This document shows positions 11,985 through 25,522 of a stretch of DNA of 64,000 nt, in pieces. The DNA is from Eledone cirrhosa. Taxonomy: Eukaryota. The position numbers were made by a program, and so were the translations under genes. The stretch lies in assembly GCA_964016885.1 (NCBI GenBank), contig OZ024740.1, forward strand, positions 111,352,001-111,416,000, read 5' to 3'. The notes beneath the pieces were generated by a model. That model was not told the origin of the DNA, did no database searches, and saw only the letters and a list, made by a program, of their open reading frames with translations. Position 1 is the stretch's first letter. The number at the start of each line of letters is the position of its first letter.

Positions 11985-12385
11985 GTATGCTGAGGTCTTG
12001 ATGGCTACCGACGCGAAGAGGAAGCGGCCGGACAATGCCCGATATTTGTTTATTTTCCTTTTCTCTGCACAGCGGGCCGCGCCACCGGGGTTTGTAGCTG
12101 AAGCGACTAAGTAGAACGTGTTACATGTGGCGGTCTTCGAATGGGAAGAGGGGGATTCCATAGGGGCGATTGCCGTCTCCGTGGTCAAGATCCGCCGGCT
12201 CCAGTTATGATGCGAAGCCAGCTGCGTCCAGTCTTCTTCTCAATATGTCGTTGAGAACGGCATGTCGGGGGGAACCGGCCTGCGCTCTGGCGGCAAGACA
12301 GTGGGTGCAGGCCGAACTTGTCAACGACCGCCTCGCAGCGGCATTTATGTAGCTGACACACGTGGAGGCCGAGGCGTTGAACCAC
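11985..12385 (-). pseudogene. CRE-clade non-LTR retrotransposon C-terminal fragment (Zn-knuckle + restriction-like endonuclease)
   Basis: Across frames: KCRCEAVVDKFGLHPLSC...RHAVLNDILRRRLDAAGF...GAARCAEKRKINKYRALSGRFLFASVAIKT, typical of CRE-type C-termini. Confidence 0.75.
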
Positions 12386-15040
12386 TCTGATACGAGTACG
12401 CTCATCATCAAGAAGAGTACATGTTTATGAGAAGGGATGTGCCATAGATTGGACAACTGACACACATACCGATGGAGGTCCATCCTATTTTATTCCAGTG
12501 ATATTACTGTTGTGAAATAATACATATATTAAGAACCAGAATGCATTTAAAAAAGAAAACAAATATTGCTTCAAGAATTATACTTGGAAAAGAAAAAGAA
12601 AATCAAAAGAGAAAAAGAAAGAAGGATCAAGCAATGAAGGAAAGGATGAGTCGTTTAGTACGCCTGCAGTCAGTGCTCCGTGAACAAAACAGCAAATGTT
12701 TTACCGCGGAGAATGGCCAGAAAAACCCGCTGCAACAGCCATCCTATCTCATGGGGATCCTTTCTCAAGCGGGCCACCGTTTTTTCCGACTTGGAACTTA
12801 CTGTTCTACTACAATACATCGGACCGTCCTCAAACGGTTGCAAAAGAAGCGTAGTACATTGTTCTTCTTTTTATCAGAAGAGTTTACGCGTTTCTGGACA
12901 AAGTGAGGCTGTGAATTGTCCTCCAAGACCCTTCTCACAGCGCAACATAGGAGAGAGAGAGAGGAGTAGGAATACTTGACTTCTATACTTGATTGTACTT
13001 CATCAATTGATCTCGAAAGGATGGAAAGTAAAGTTGAGCTCGGTGTGATTTGAGCACAGTGTATAGATTAGAGACGGAAATCGCAAGTCATTCTACCTGG
13101 TTTTCTAACGACTTTGCCAATTCATTGCATTAATTCTTGAGAATGGTACGATAGAATAGGAAAAATATTCTATTAAAAAATACCAAAATACGAGGAACAT
13201 TTACAATTCGAACGAGTCAAGTGGTATGATGATGTGTGAATTTTATTATTTGGGGTGGATTTGTTCTTGTATTAACGTTTGTAACTGATATTTGCCGATA
13301 TCAGAGAACTACTAGTTTGGGACGCTCGCTTTTATATCTTAGCAACGCTGACGTTTAAAACAGCGAATTGACAGGGTGATTAGTGCGTCTGAAAGAATAC
13401 TTTGTGGTATTTGTTCCGAGTTCAAATTCCACTGAGGTTAACTTTGCCTTTAATCCTTTAGGGGGTTGATACATATAATATTAGTCAAAGGGTAGATGGG
13501 GATAGCCGGAATTGTATAAAGTGTTTTGCGGTATCTCTTCCGGCTCAGTTCATTCTGAGTTCAAATCCCGCCTCCTGTCACCGGAAAAGTGATGAGGCTC
13601 CTGCCAGCAGTTGTCACCAACAGATAATGGCAATGAAAGGAACAATGAAAACCTAGTTTCCTTAGTTCGATCTGGAAAATCAGCTTCTTTCTTTAGGAGG
13701 AGGTTAGTGACTAATGGGTTTGAGGTGAAATTTGAGAACTAGCTAATGTTAGTGATATTAATTGTGACGAAAATGGTTGTTGATAGTAGTTGGTGGTATA
13801 AAAGAGTAGTGGGTAATTACAACAGTTAATAGCAAACTCGCCAGACGGGAAAACACAGGGAAGAATTTTAAACACCGAGTCTGTTTAGATTTGACACTGT
13901 AACTAAATTATTAAGAATATGTTTAGGTATTGAGAATTGGAAGTGATGACGTTGTAGGTGAAGAAATAAGAAGGTGGTGGTAGAGTGTAAAATTGATGGA
14001 TGGAAACAATCTGGTTGTAGGAGGAGCTGAGGGTTGAAGGATTCGAAATACAACAGTACAGTATCCACACCACCACTAAGAAAAAGCGCTGCATTAACAA
14101 CTATAACAACAATGACAACTAAATATAACGACTATTACACAAGCTACAACAGTCAAAAGCAGAAACACAAGAAAATGGAGATGTATGACTGATAGGCATA
14201 CAAACAGAGTGTCGTATGTGTTTGGTGGGGTGAGGTGACAGATTGAGGAAGTATGTGTGTGTGTAAGTATGTGAGAGAGAGAAAGAGCTAGCGAGAGAAG
14301 TAGAGAGGTAGAGAGAGAGAGGTACATAGATAGATAGATAGAGAGAGAGAGAGAGAGGGAGAGAGAGAGGACTGATAGGACAAGTAAAAGGTTGAAATAT
14401 GTCAACAACAATAACAACTAAAATTTGGAAGTACAATAACCACCACTCAGAGTAGTAACAACCTTAGAATGAAAATGTGGCAAAGTTGATTGCATTTGTG
14501 AAAATAGTGTGGAAGGGAAGATAACAGTAATGGGGGTTGTGTTATTCATGAAGGACAGTTTGGCCTGAAGCTAAAGTCTTGACAACGCCAAATGTTCATT
14601 CATATCGTGATGATGATGACGATGATGACGATGATGACGATGATGATGATGAAAATGACGGCGGTAGTTCTAGCGGTTTGTCTCCTGGTGAATGACTGGC
14701 GTCAATGGATGTGATTGTGTCATTGGTAGAATGACGGAGGCATATGCACATACCCGGCTGTAATGGTGGTGTAGAAATGTTGTTGGCTGAGGTGGGGTGC
14801 CAATAGTGTTAGTGGTAGCGGCTTCAGCATCGCTGATGGTGGTAGATGGAGGTGGTATAATCACTGATGAATGTGATGCTAGTGATAGTAGTAAGATCCA
14901 TGTGGGGTGACGGCAGTGGCGGTGGTTTCGTTGACTTATGATTATGCCTGTCAGTATTGCAGCGAATCTGAAGTCATGTTATTTTAGATATTGTATTGTT
15001 AGTTTTGGTGGGTGGTGGTGGTGGTGGTTTTGATAACAAC

Positions 15041-15074
<34 letters not shown>

Positions 15075-16015
15075 GCGCTTCTGACATAGTGTATGTTAGG
15101 GTGATAAGTAGTAGATAGAGGTGCGTGACATTTGTAGCAGTAGCAATGCAGGTAGTTATAATAATGTGTGTGTGTTGTGATGCTTTGTATGTGCTGAAGA
15201 TAATAGTGTGTGAATTTGGATTTGACATTCTAGCAACGGAAACGATGGTCGTTACACAGTTTTTGTTGGTATTGTAATAGCAGCGGACGTGAAGATATTG
15301 GATTTTGGTGTTGGTACTATTTATTGAGAGGCTCTCATACTAGTATTAGTGACTGTCACTTCTGTTGACGATGTTGATGGTATTTTTCATGATGCTCTCA
15401 TATTGGTGATGGTGACTGACATCTGTTGTTGTTGTTGTGGTGGTGGTGGTGGTTGTAGTGGTGGTGTTAATAAGTAGTATTGAATGGTAGTAAGGTTGTT
15501 CTTGGTCATATGGTAGTGGGCTTAGTTAGTATTGGTGGTAATGATTGATGTTTGTGGAAGTGGTGGTAGTACAGTTGGTGATGATAGCTGATGTTGTAGT
15601 AGTGATGATGTGATTGGCAAAAGAAAGATGAGTTGTTACTAATAGTGGTGTGGTGGTATTAGTGCTGAAAGAGTTGACGAGGTTAATTGTAAAGTTGGAT
15701 GGATGGTGTATTTGTTTCTGAGATTTGATGTTGAGCACAATTGACTGGCACCATTGCGATGACGTGGATCTTCATATATATGTTACTGTGGTAATCATTG
15801 CTATTGTTTAACCCTAGGTCTACTTTGATCAGCAGGCACAAGGTCCTAGACCATGATATAGTTTTAGCGTTTGCATGTGACTACATTATATATTATATTA
15901 ATTTCCACCTGTACATTATATAACACGTTAAATAATGATTTGAGGCAGATACATGTGTTATGTCTAGCGTGTCAATAATCCATATAGAAGCTCGTTGGTT
16001 GTCATTATTTATCTA

Positions 16016-16205
16016 GGGAGGTGGATTGGCAGTATCGGTAGAGGGTCGGACGCCATGCTTTCCAGCATAGTTACGTCCCTTTACGATCTGAGTTCAAATC
16101 CCGCCAAGGTTAACTTTGCCTTTCATCCTCACGGGGTCGATAAAATAAAGTACCAGTAATGCACTGGGTAATTGCTGGCCTTGTGCCCTAAGTAGAAACA
16201 ATTAT
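16016..16205 (+). mobile_element. tRNA-derived SINE (family A)
   Basis: Near-complete copy with A/B boxes and core. Confidence 0.85.
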
Positions 16206-17084
16206 TTATCTAGCTGGTAGTAATTCATTTCATGGTGATGTTCGTGGTAAAATTAGTCATAATAATAATAGTGGTGTCGGTGGTATTAAAGGTATTGTTG
16301 GTGGTACTTTTCATGTTCTGCTTTAATTGTGAATCTCTTTTGGGTAGTAGATGGTGTTGTTATTAATAATGTTAGTTTGGTGATATTGCTGTTAGAGTTC
16401 TTCTAGTGGCCTTAGTATGAGTCTGACAGACTTACGATTCCGAGCCTTGCGAGGAAGTGCACATCTATCACCCTCAAGAAACGAATAATTAAATCACTCC
16501 TGTAGTTTAGTATGAGGGTGACGGTCAAAGCAAACCTCACAACTGTATACTTCCTGCATGCGATATTTAAATGTAATTCTGAATTTTATAAGTCATTAAG
16601 TATTTCCAAGAGTACTCTATCGCATATCCGGTCACAATCCAATCCCCCAACAAACGTCATCGAGCATATTCCAATGTTCTTAGCAAGGGCGTAATTCTAT
16701 TTAGGATCCAAGAGAGAAAGAAAATACCACTAACATCTCATGAACAGTGTTATATACAGCACAGCCTCTCACAGTGAAACATCACATCATCTGATATCTT
16801 ATACAATATTAAATAACTAGAATGAACTAATTTCGACTTACCGACACATGCTGGAATCTTTTCTCGATAATTTCAAAAATTGACATGCCATCAGCATTTA
16901 ACAGCTGAAGCAGAAACTGCCGAGCCTTCACTACATCTGAACTTCTTCAGTTTGTCAAGGGTGTTCTCTGAATTTGGATGCAATAGTATACGCATACCTG
17001 GTCCTGACATCCTCATAAGCCAGCGCTTCCCACTATATTCTGTAGGTTGAGCTGGACCTGCTAATACTATGAATGTTTCTTGAC

Positions 17085-18245
17085 TATTTAGCCGCAGTTG
17101 ACAGCTCAGTCACTCTCTTAAAAACAACAACCAACGCAGGATCGAGGAGATCCGAAACAAAAAAAAAACACAATTACTTTTGTTTCCGATTTTCCTTACA
17201 TCATGTACACATATGGATGTTTTGTGCTGGAAGAATGTGTTCATAACAGAGAACCAATTACTAGAATAGAAATATAATAAGGCCTCTCCATTTTCATGAA
17301 GACCAGGATCGCTGATCATTCCAATCATTCCTTTCCGTGTCAGGGGATCAGTGCCAACGCGACATTGAAGCCTGCCATTAGGAAATATGAGTCAGATTTA
17401 ACTACATCTAACGCTGCAATTGCTTTATCAAGGAAGGATCTGTATGCAGACTATGGTTCTGCAGGATTGTGGGATAGCAGGACTGTTTTGTGTTGCCTTG
17501 AAGTCGTTATATGAATTCCCTGGTATTTGTGTTCGGATAAATGGTACTAAAACAAAAGCAAGCAATGTGGGTATCGGACTCTACTAAGGATGTGGTACGA
17601 AGACTGCTGCGTGTAGGATCAGTCGTATGGAATATGCAGACGATATGGTACTAGTTAACTTGTCGGAAGATGATTTCCGACATGCAATGTACAGGTGTTC
17701 TGCTGAATGTTGTAGAGAAGGAATGAAAATCAGTAATGCGAAAACTGAGAAACCCATCCTCTCGTGGAAGCTTGTGCAGTGTTCTCTATATGTGAGAGGA
17801 GGTCCATTGAAGCAGGTGCAAAACTTCAAGTATCTCGGGTTGTTTTCACAAATGATAAAAAGAAGAAGGTTGAATTGAATGCAAGAAATGCAAGCGCTCC
17901 TTCTCGCATGCGCGAATTTTGCCTATGATCATGAAACTTATGCAAATACCGTAAAGCAAATCGAGAGGGTGCATAGCTCGGAGATTAGGGAGTCGTTCTA
18001 AGTAAAGAAGCTACTTCTCCGAATTAGAGATCCCAGTGCCATTACTACGGACATAAAATTAGAATGTCTAAGGAAAGAATCGCTGGACAGATTTTTACAG
18101 ACAGAGCCCAACGGTAGGAGGCCTGGGGGTACACCACAAGGTAGACGCCTGGATAACATTCATGAGCTCAGAATTATCTGGGTTGGGGATCCAACCGGAC
18201 ATATTGGAGAGGGTTACTTCAGATTAGACGCTCTGGAAGATGAAG
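17085..18245. pseudogene. Decayed RTE-type LINE fragments (APE part on -, RT C-terminal part on +)
   Basis: Minus: NGEALLYF...SVMNTFFQHK. Plus: EYADDMVLV...GMKISNAKTE...LKQVQNFKYLG. Confidence 0.65.
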
Positions 18246-19589
18246 AATAATAGCTGCCACTGCCAATATACAAGACTTGACCACCAATGATCTACAGTAG
18301 TTATGATTACATTAACTAAATCTATTTTGTTACATTGAAACCCACTGAATTGCACGGTCATCAGACTCAATGAAACCGCACATAAGCATAGACACTCATA
18401 CATATACGTGGGTATACGTCTTTATTTGTATATGTGTGTATACATAGATATATATGTGTGTGTATGTGTGTTTGTGCATGTGTAAGTGTGCATACGCTTA
18501 TATGTACCTGTGTGTATTTATGGAAAGTTGTTATGTTCCTCTGTGTAAGGATCAAGTGCACAGCCAATTGTAAAATTTTCTGGAAGCAAAGTAAAAAAAG
18601 CAAATATAAACAATATAATTATAAAAACGAAAAGCGCCTAGAACGTTAATGAACTCTTAAACAAAAATAAGATATTTTGAAAAATACTCCTCACTACTAC
18701 TGCTACCAACACATTATCACCACAACCACCGTCTCTTTACTACAATTGCCAACACCACCACTGACACCACTATCACTGATAGAGTCGAGCGTGTGACGAG
18801 AGAGTAAGGTTTAGTATTACTATCCAATACACACCATATTGCTTAATTTGCAACGTTCGGTCGAGATCAAATGAAATTTTAATTTAAACTACCTCTACCT
18901 CACTTAAACACCACAGAATCGACACTCAATTTTGTTAGGGCAATTTACTACGTGTAATAATTACCGGTCATCCATGAAGTGAATATCCTGAGATAAGTGC
19001 TTTTCCCTTCACCTAATTTTTATACTTTAGTATAAATTAGTTCCATTTTATTAGACATGGCAAGAGAAACAAGCATCGGTACAATGCGAATATCTCAAGT
19101 ATCGCCATCCTCTTGAAATACCTAAGTGGATATTGTTATTTTTCACAGCGGAGTTCCCATTCCATTGTTATTTGGGAGACAATACAAAATGGCTTCCATA
19201 TTCTCATTGTTGATTTAAACAAGGAAAAAAAAAGTTTAAATATGTGTCGACCTTTCCAGCATTGTGTTAAGCTTGTCTGAATACAAAATGTTAACCAAAG
19301 CAAGAGTCAGGCAATTCTTTCGCGCTTTCCATCATCCAGTACAAACTTTTTGTTATTTAAAAAAATAAATAATAGCTGTTGTGGATGCAGCAACCATTGT
19401 GTGGATTAGATGTACGCTTCGTAATCATCTCCTCCCAGGTTCGACCTCACACTATGGCATAATGAGCAAGCGGCATGGGTGAAGTATCAAATACAGAGAT
19501 AAATAAAGGAAAAACAAGGAAACCAAAGGGGAAAGTATTAATTTAAGGTGTGGGGGGACGGTGGCAAACCCTACACCATAGTTGCAGCC

Positions 19590-19793
19590 TACTAACATAA
19601 TATCGAAAGCATTGCAGCAGAAAACAACCAACGATACTTGCCACATCAGCCGTATCAACTCACAGAGTCGTTTCGTTGGGCGAGATGTCCTCCTCCCTAT
19701 ACGGTGGACAGCACTGGGACCTGAAACAGAGGAGGTCTTAATGGCAATCGGCATAAAAATGAAACGGTCAGACAATGCCTGGTATTCAGTCAT
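19590..19793 (-). pseudogene. CRE-clade retrotransposon extreme C-terminal fragment
   Basis: YQALSDRFIFMPIAIKTSSVSGPSA...IGRR...QVSLVVFCCNA is homologous to the end of the 12 kb fragment. Confidence 0.6.
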
Positions 19794-20329
19794 GGGTCCA
19801 ACTCAGCATTGTGGGTGAAATTAGATGACCAGAAACTATGGAATCAATTTCGAATGGACTGTAACTGTAATTCAAACGTACAACCTTGACACACATTGTA
19901 TCACGCTGATTCGGCCAGGGATTATTGTAAAGGCACACGTGTATGGAATAATATTCAGCCACTTACACGTTGATTTAAAGAGTGATATTTAATTGGATGG
20001 GAGAACTGAATTCTCTGGGTTTAGCAATTGGCAGTTCTGTGCCTGCGGAACTTTTTTCGAAGATATAGCACTGTTAAGAAATATTTCTTTCGTTCCGACC
20101 CGAAAGTCCTCCAGAAATGTCGTATCAGAATGTTCTTGTGGTTGTTCAGAGTGGTTCCAGACCATACTTGATCAATCCGTCAACCAAACCCTGAGAGAAG
20201 GCGAGTATTGTTTTCGGGCTGCTGACTGTGTTGTCCAGTTGCTAGACGCTCTTCTTTGGTCAGCGCTTGACCAAGGACTGTAGCTCTTCTAAAAACATAT
20301 CTGACAAAGGGAACCAACGCTGGTTTGTC

Positions 20330-20790
20330 ATCATCGTCACTGTCATCGAAGTTGAGGTATTAATGTAAGGGTGCTAGTCTCAGAACGTGACTAGCATTAT
20401 CATCAATGGCATCTCGTGACATTCACGGTGAGTGTATTGGCAGATGGGTTTCCTGATCAGTGTAACTTGTTCTTTCCATAAGAAACGAAAGAGTAATAGT
20501 TTCCAAAGTGGTCAAATGTGTTTTTCTTGCCGGCGGGAGGAGGGGACTTAGCACAATGTTCAGGCGGCAGTATACCACTGAGGCAATTTAAGTGTTCGCC
20601 ACTTTATCTGGAACTTTCAGTGACTGCATTCCTTCAGCCCATTTCTTAATGAGACTGACAACACCGACTGGGACATATTGCAAGTTCTCATGCACTTGTA
20701 GGTCCCATTCGAACCAGATCCCGACCATCTTAACCGTGCTTTGACCCAGCAACAGAAATTTCAGCGGGGTGACATGAACTTGATTTTCCA
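20330..20790 (-). pseudogene. Tx1/L1-type LINE ORF2 fragment (post-RT region)
   Basis: TVKMVGIWFEWDLQVHEN parallels PVKLLGVWFGPDLQVEKN in 40500-41405. Confidence 0.6.
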
Positions 20791-20799
20791 TGAGTCAAT

Positions 20800-20960
20800 T
20801 TGCAGCATACGTTCTGAGTTCAAATTCCGCCGAGGTTAGCTTTGCCTTTCATCCTTACGTGGTCGATAAAATAAAGAACCATTAGCGCAGTGGGATCGGG
20901 TTTGTCAATTTCCCCTTTCCTTCAAATTGCTGGCCTTGTGCCTAACATAGAAACTACTAT
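20800..20960 (+). mobile_element. tRNA-derived SINE (family A), 5'-truncated
   Basis: B-box, core and 3' end present. Confidence 0.75.
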
Positions 20961-21138
20961 TTATATATATATAGATACTTTCTTGTTACTTTCTTGTACA
21001 CACACACAAATTCATGCACACACACACATACGTACATATATATATATATATGTGTAAAGAAGTAACAAGACATGAAAGAAGAACAAACATGGAAGAAAAG
21101 ATGAATATGTATAATACTTGTATATCACATAAGCGCCG

Positions 21139-21190
<52 letters not shown>

Positions 21191-21647
21191 CACCCATAGA
21201 TACCCAGCGCTTTCTCTTGATCATTAACATCTTCTCTTACAACTAATACAGGCCGACTATATATGCTCACTCCGCTTTTCCCTGCACTGCTCTGTATACA
21301 CACATACACACCCTTATTTTCATATACGTTTGCTTATAGCTTCGTATTTACATGCACACACACTCTTTTACTCACATATACACACGCATTTCCTCTTAGT
21401 TTCGTACGGACGAATTATAACATACACACACATGCTTACGCACGTGCACAAGTAAAGCCCTTTTAACAAAACGTTTTTTTTTTCCATTTCAGGTAGACGC
21501 GCTCCATCATCCACTTTTCTAAAAAATAAATCATACACAAAACGCCAGCACCAACAATTTTGCAAGAGATGTCAACATGAATGGACCTGTTATTTTTTCC
21601 ATTTCCAAACCGCCCGTGCCCCTCAATCTATCTTATTTCTCATTCTT

Positions 21648-21683
21648 TCTTCTGATGAAGGACTAGCGTCCGAAACGTTAAGA
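21648..21683 (+). ncRNA. Minimal type I hammerhead ribozyme motif
   Basis: tctt-CTGATGA-a ggac tagc gtcc-GAAA-cg-TT^-aaga; palindromic AACGTT in stem III. Confidence 0.8.
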
Positions 21684-21764
21684 CCCTCTTCCTGCTATAT
21701 CAAGAGTTAACCTAATATATCCCTTCCATATACTGTACCGATTGTGTTGTTATTTCTATTTACC

Positions 21765-22193
<429 letters not shown>

Positions 22194-22201
<8 letters not shown>

Positions 22202-22572
22202 TAAAAAAATAATTAATAAAACAAAGAAACAGTTCCTTATATTAAACAAAAAAAGTTCATTATTTAACGATCGTTTCTAGGACATATATGTGTTAGAATT
22301 GGCATGCATATTCAAAAGATCTATGTACAAAATTATACAAACTATCAAGGAGAATATACATACCATCACATATATATGCTGTCTTCAGAATATATGTGAT
22401 GGTATGTATATTCTCCTTGATAGTTTGTATAATTTTGTACATAGATCTTTTGAATATGCATGCCAATTCTAACACAAATATGTCCTAGAAACGATCGTTA
22501 AATAATGAACTTTTTTTGTTTAATATAAGGAACTGTTTCTTTGTTTTATTCATTATTTTTTTAATATTTTAT
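22194..22572. repeat. Near-perfect ~380 bp palindrome (fold-back PLE-type remnant) containing an HHR with a very long stem II (22261-22392, minus)
   Basis: Arms are reverse complements (the ORF track gives near-identical peptides on both strands). Minus strand: CTGAAGA...~105 nt...GAAA-cgatcg-TT^. Confidence 0.85.
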
Positions 22573-22703
22573 CTTGACTCTGTATTCCGTTTATCTTTCA
22601 CCGAAAGTGATTTTTGAATGCATCTCTTCTTTCCATGATATCCGGTTTACATTGAGTTCTTCATACGGATTGGACACTACCGTAAACTTTTGGTAGATTT
22701 ATC

Positions 22704-22745
<42 letters not shown>

Positions 22746-23270
22746 AAATATCGAATTGTCGTGGATTATGTGAGGGGCATATAATCTGAAAGATACACTC
22801 CCCTGACCATGAAAATGTCGAAGTACATGAAGTCCATATCATCCCTTCGCTGTGCATTTCCAATACTTTTAATATTTTTAATGCTTGCACTATTTTTAAT
22901 GCTTATATCATTTCTCCACACACAGACTATAACAATCATATAAAGAATTTGCCCCCAGATCAACCAACCTAACACTCTTGTTTACCTACCTAAGTGCTTC
23001 TACTACACGTAACTCTCTGCCACACTATATAAACAAGACGCACGTGCTTGCCACACATATCACATTTGCACTATATAACCGCTTATTTTCATGGTGTATT
23101 TTAACCTGTATTTTTGATTTTTGATTGTACTTTTTAATATGAATGTAATCTCTAAGTGTGTACTGCCACTCTAAATGCTATAATGAATGTTGACCCACAA
23201 TATTTGCATATGTATCTGTATGTCTCTTGGGTGAAAAGGAGGTCATATAACTGTCCATTCATTAATAAAT

Positions 23271-23317
23271 TGCTCCGAAGAATCCAAACCTCGGTTTGGA
23301 GGAAACAGTTGTAAGCA
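23271..23317 (+). ncRNA. Type I hammerhead motif, U4C core variant, in a (TA)n-bounded remnant (22740-23525)
   Basis: tgct-CCGAAGA-a tccaaac ctcg gtttgga g-GAAA-cagttg-TA^-agca. Confidence 0.7.
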
Positions 23318-23673
23318 CATAAATGTTTTGAACAGTTCTTTGATTCTTATGTTTCATATAACTGCTCTGTAAATCATCTGATGTTTTTACATTGAGCTAC
23401 TTAACTTACTGGTAATAAGGTAGTAATATATTACTGTCTACCACTATTTAGGGTTTGTATAAAAAAATACATATAACTGCAAAAGGTTTTTGTATTTACA
23501 TAACCATAAATAGTATAATTAATACTATATATATATATATATATAGTTAGGGTAAACATTGATGTAATTCAAATCAAGCACTGAACGTACTTATTCCACA
23601 TAGGAGTGACGGAGTAAATATCGAATAAGGAAAAGCGAAGTAGTTTCAGATGTTCAAGTTCTTTAATAATAAT

Positions 23674-23747
23674 GCTGTGATATATATTTCAATGGCGAAA
23701 GTGGCCACACTGTTCTGTGGGCCAGTCTCGCGACATCGTCAGACAGC
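23674..23747 (-). ncRNA. Type I hammerhead ribozyme motif
   Basis: gctgt-CTGACGA-(43 nt stem II)-GAAA-tatata-TC^-acagc. Confidence 0.75.
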
Positions 23748-24058
23748 TTGTTACATAATAAGGTTATGTTTCCGAGTCAATCAAAATTGAATCGACATGG
23801 GAACGGACGAAGTATGTGCTTTTGGGTTCTTCATCGGTTCCCCTGTGAGTACCAATTCACCCCCACTGGTCTGCGCAGGCGCAGGTCCAGGGGGATGTTG
23901 ACCATTAGCTACCGCAGATTTAAACGAAATTCGCTTAGTCAGTTCCCTCTCTCAGCCAGACAATGACCCATTCAAGCCAGTACCATAGTTTACTGCTACC
24001 CATCCCGTCTGTGGCAGTCAGCCGAAAGCCATATTATGTAACCTTATTATGTAACATA

Positions 24059-24130
24059 CTGTCTGACGATGTCGCGAGACTGGCCCACAGAACAGTGTGG
24101 CCATTTCGTCATTGAAATATATATCACAGC
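24059..24130 (+). ncRNA. Type I hammerhead ribozyme motif (inverted copy of 23674-23747)
   Basis: ctgt-CTGACGA...GAAA-tatata-TC^-acag. Confidence 0.75.
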
Positions 24131-24177
24131 ATTACTATTAAAGGACTTGAACATCTGAAACTACTTCGCTTTTCCTT

Positions 24178-24209
<32 letters not shown>

Positions 24210-24323
24210 AGTTGAAATAAAATGAAAACGAAATTTCATTTCTCACTCTTAGTACGGCACTTACTTAAATGTAAGTATGTGTGTATACGTACATACATAT
24301 ATGTATACAGACGTACAGTAGCA

Positions 24324-24412
<89 letters not shown>

Positions 24413-24442
24413 AGATCAAAAGATGGTTAAAGGAGTTCCATA

Positions 24443-24511
24443 TATTTTATTATGCGCATTTCAAAAAACAAACATCATGCAATAATATTTGTGTTTTCAT
24501 CAGATAAAACA
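24443..24511 (-). ncRNA. Type I hammerhead ribozyme in PLE 3' pLTR
   Basis: tgttttat-CTGATGA-stem II-GAAA-tgcgca-TA^-ataaaata. Confidence 0.8.
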
Positions 24512-25522
24512 GGAGAACATGATATGAAGGCTAAAAAACACTTGTGGATAGTGCAGTTTTAAATCAACATATGAAAAGTGGTTTTAGATGGATGTGTGAT
24601 ATTGGGAAAAATATTTTATTTAGAGAGGGGGGGGAGGATGAAAAGGGAAGGAGATGAGAGGGAGAGATGGGTGATAGAGAGAAAGAGATAGTTTTTATAA
24701 CTGAGAGGAGATATATTTTTTACATAGAGAGGTTGAAAACCGTTGGAAGATACTGTATAAATTAAAAATTTTGAAAATTAACGAAGGGAGGATATGTGCG
24801 AGGAAAAAATATTTTATTTAGGGAGGGGGGGTGGAAAGGATGAAAAAAAAAAAGGGGGGGGGGGAGGAGATGAGAGTGAAGGTGGAGGGGGAGAGATGAG
24901 TGATAGAGAGAAAGAGATAGTTTTTATAACTGAGAAAAAGATATATTGTTTTAATATAGAGAGGTTGGGAACCGTTGGAAGATAATGTATAAATTAAAGG
25001 AATTTGAAAATTAACGAAGGGAAATTATGTATGAAGATAGAGAGAAAAAAATAATAATTGTTGGTGAATATTCTAACGTCAAAAAAAGAAATGTATGTAT
25101 TGTGGCAATTTCAAAATTAGCGAAGAGAAAAATTGTTAAGGTTTGTGTGTAGAAGGATTTGAGAAAAATAATGTGAAGTTAAAGTTTGTATATTGATTGA
25201 ATTGATAATATGTGCGAATAAAGAGTTAATATGTATTAATAATGAGTTCGTTGATGGGGAGAAAAAAATAATAATAAATTAAGGATGAAATTGAGATTAA
25301 AAAGATTTATGATAGAGAGAAAAAATAATAATGATTGCGGATGAATATTCTAATGTCAAAAGAAATGTTATGATTTTACAAGAAGATAGAATGAGGGTAA
25401 TGAGTAAACGAGTATTATAGAGTGTATAATGCCCTTTAAAGTAAGGTAGATGGGTATATTTTAAAGAGGTGTATGTATATGTGCCTTTGAGAAAAGATTC
25501 TAAATTGATAAAGAATTGAATA

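Larger units (their letters stand above)
23546..24182. mobile_element. Fold-back element between (TA)n tracts with inverted HHR-bearing arms
   Basis: 23623-23765 is inverted against 24040-24181. Confidence 0.75.

Noticed and set aside
22290-22475. Near-identical 60 aa ORFs on both strands
   Set aside because: Artefact of the DNA palindrome, not a gene pair.
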